DNA of 64,000 nucleotides from NCBI GenBank assembly GCA_963787125.1, contig CAWBBV010000009.1, positions 64,264 to 128,263 of the forward strand, in the 5' to 3' direction. This DNA comes from an uncultured delta proteobacterium (GTDB taxonomy: Bacteria > Desulfobacterota > Desulfuromonadia > Geobacterales > DSM-12255). Positions 61,960-64,000 of the stretch are shown here, piece by piece. The translations under genes were made by a program, and so were the position numbers. Numbering within the stretch: the stretch's first letter is position 1; every line of letters starts with the position of its first letter. The notes below the pieces were generated by a model, which was given only the letters and a program-made list of their open reading frames with translations, had not been told where the DNA came from and searched no databases.

Positions 61960-64000
61960 ATGAAAATAAAGAGATTGGAAATTTCCGGCTTCAAATCCTT
62001 TGTCGAAAAGGCCTCCTTTGATTTTCCGGAAGGTGTTACCGCCGTAGTTGGGCCGAACGGCTGTGGCAAATCCAATGTTGTTGATGCCATTCGCTGGGTC
62101 ATGGGAGAGCAGTCAGCAAAAAATCTTCGTGGCCGCGCCATGGAAGATGTTATTTTCGGCGGCAGCGAGTCGCGCAAGCCCCTGGGAATGGCAGAAGTGT
62201 CACTCATCTTTTCAACTCAAGACGGCAGAGTTCCTGCCAAATATCTCAATTATTCAGAAATTCAGGTGACACGCCGGCTTTACCGTGATGGTGAGAGTGA
62301 CTACCTGCTTAATAGGACCCCTTGCCGCCTGATGGATATTACCGAACTTTTCATGGACACCGGTGTCGGCGCCAGAGCCTACTCAATCATAGAGCAGGGC
62401 CGAATCGGCATGATTCTGATGGCAAAGCCTGAGGAACGCCGTTTTCTGATTGAAGAGGCTGCCGGCGTTACCAAGTATAAATCGCGCAAGCAGGTAGCGC
62501 TCAAGAAAATGGACTCCACCAAACAGAATTTGCTGCGTATCGGTGACATTGTCGGCGAGGTAAAGCGGCAACTTGGCACGCTGCACCGGCAGGCAAAAAA
62601 AGCAGAGCGTTTCAGGACGCTGCGGGAAGAGCTGCGGGGGATTCAACTCTTTTTTGCCTCGCGCCGCCATGCAGAACTTGGTGAGCAACGCTCAGTTCTC
62701 GCAGCTGAAATGGAGACGCTGGAGCGAAACAGTGAGGCTCTCTTTTCCCGGATTGAGCTAAAAACTGCCGATCTTGAGGGTTTGCGCCTCAATCTTGTTG
62801 AGGAGGAACAGCGGCTGGCGCTGGCTCAGGAGGATATCTTCAGCGGTAAAGCCGCTTTGCAGGGCGCTGAAAACCGGCTGGAGTTTCAGAAAAAAGAGAT
62901 GGTGACCCTCGAATCTCAGACTGCCCGGATCGGTAGCGAGCTTGCACTGATTCAACAGCAGATTTCTGCCGCTGAGACTGAACATGGGCAGCTGGAGCTT
63001 AAAGGTAGGGGTTTTCTTATCGACTCGCTCGGTGAGGAAGAGGTGCTGTCAGTTAAAGAGCGCCAGCTTGAAGAGCTGTCCGCTGCAGAGAGGGTTGCTG
63101 CGCTCACGCTGGAAGAGAGCCGTAAGAGACTTTTCGGGCTCCTGGGCGAAATCAGCCAGGCGTCGAATCAGTTTGCTACCTCGGCAAAGCGCCTTGATCA
63201 GCTGGCAGACAGACTGCAACGGAGTGCGAATGAGGAGCAGAGCTTGAAAGAGCTCCTTGTTCAGGCTGAGGGGCGGGCGACAAGCCTTCAGGAGATGCTG
63301 GCAGGGGAGCGCGCCAGATTTGCCGGCCTTTCGGAGTCAATTCGAGTGCTTGCCGGAAATCATGAAGCTTTGAAGTTATCACTTGCCGATATTGAACCCG
63401 AACTTCAGAAACAGCGTGACGAACTAAGCACGGTTGCCTCCCGATTGTATTCTCTCCAGGAACTTGAAGCACAGTTTGCCGGTTATGGGCAGGGGGTCAG
63501 AACGCTCATGCTGACAGATCTTTTTAAAGGGCGCTTTAGCGGGCTGTTGGCTGATGCAGTTGACGCCGATGAAGAGATAGAATCTGCCCTTGAGGCGGTT
63601 CTAGGTAACAGCCTTCAGTCTTTGTTGGCTTCCAGCGAGGATGATGTCCTTGCTGCGGTTGAGCATCTTAAGGTGAATAATGGGGGTAGATGCGGGTTTC
63701 TGCTCCCTTTTTCCGGGCGAGAAAAATTTTCTGCCGTGCCAGAAGGCCTACAGCCGTTACTCTCCCTGGTACAACTGCAAGGCCCCGAGAACTCTATAAT
63801 CGAGTTACTTCTTGAGCGAGTCATACTTGTTGCTGAACTTCCCACGGCTATCAAGCTTTCCAGAAAACACCCTGAATTCAGATTTGTGACCAGGCATGGT
63901 GATCTTGCATATGGTGGCGGGGTTATTTTCGCCGGCTCACGCGAACCTGTCCAGCAAGGATTGATTTATAAAAAACGTGAGATCAGAGGTCTGGCGGCGC
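61960..64000 (+). CDS. smc: Chromosome segregation protein SMC, 3'-partial (not in ORF track)
   Basis: MKIKRLEISGFKSF, GPNGCGKSN, GEQSAKNLRG, IEQG, EEAAG, coiled coil and hinge. Confidence 0.97.
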   Translation, partial: MKIKRLEISGFKSFVEKASFDFPEGVTAVVGPNGCGKSNVVDAIRWVMGEQSAKNLRGRAMEDVIFGGSESRKPLGMAEVSLIFSTQDGRVPAKYLNYSEIQVTRRLYRDGESDYLLNRTPCRLMDITELFMDTGVGARAYSIIEQGRIGMILMAKPEERRFLIEEAAGVTKYKSRKQVALKKMDSTKQNLLRIGDIVGEVKRQLGTLHRQAKKAERFRTLREELRGIQLFFASRRHAELGEQRSVLAAEMETLERNSEALFSRIELKTADLEGLRLNLVEEEQRLALAQEDIFSGKAALQGAENRLEFQKKEMVTLESQTARIGSELALIQQQISAAETEHGQLELKGRGFLIDSLGEEEVLSVKERQLEELSAAERVAALTLEESRKRLFGLLGEISQASNQFATSAKRLDQLADRLQRSANEEQSLKELLVQAEGRATSLQEMLAGERARFAGLSESIRVLAGNHEALKLSLADIEPELQKQRDELSTVASRLYSLQELEAQFAGYGQGVRTLMLTDLFKGRFSGLLADAVDADEEIESALEAVLGNSLQSLLASSEDDVLAAVEHLKVNNGGRCGFLLPFSGREKFSAVPEGLQPLLSLVQLQGPENSIIELLLERVILVAELPTAIKLSRKHPEFRFVTRHGDLAYGGGVIFAGSREPVQQGLIYKKREIRGLAA

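Overview
Chromosomal window from a Desulfuromonadia/Geobacteraceae-like bacterium (inferred from gene content). Conserved core genes lie at both ends. The left block (1-14.6 kb) has an ArsR-methyltransferase, ahcY, a TPR membrane protein, an IPT/TIG protein, lptGF and rpsB-tsf-pyrH-frr-uppS-cdsA-dxr-rseP-tsaB. The right block (55.5-64 kb) has tRNA-Arg(CCG), an MBL hydrolase, a zinc-ribbon/DUF3426-like protein, a ferredoxin, an AsmA-family gene and smc. About 41 kb of accessory DNA has accumulated at the 3' side of the tRNA-Arg gene in two layers. (1) An integrase-less defence region (~14.7-32.8 kb) carries Fic, ParB, an RloC-like ABC/SMC-HEPN protein, a type III RM system and a membrane-anchored Mrr nuclease. 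It continues into a dense array of toxin-antitoxin cassettes and gene fragments whose breakpoints coincide with several families of GGG(G)TC/GGGGAC REP-like repeats. (2) A ~22.7 kb integrative element (32826-55545) is bounded by a 25-bp duplication of the tRNA 3' end. It carries a tyrosine integrase, a serine resolvase, a putative Rep protein, a second type III-like RM system, and three IS with visible target-site duplications. One IS21 carries a passenger beta-barrel gene and splits the methyltransferase; the other IS21 sits inside a consensus promoter. No CRISPR array, rRNA or phage structural genes are seen. Several single-base frameshifts, one in tsaB, may be sequencing errors.
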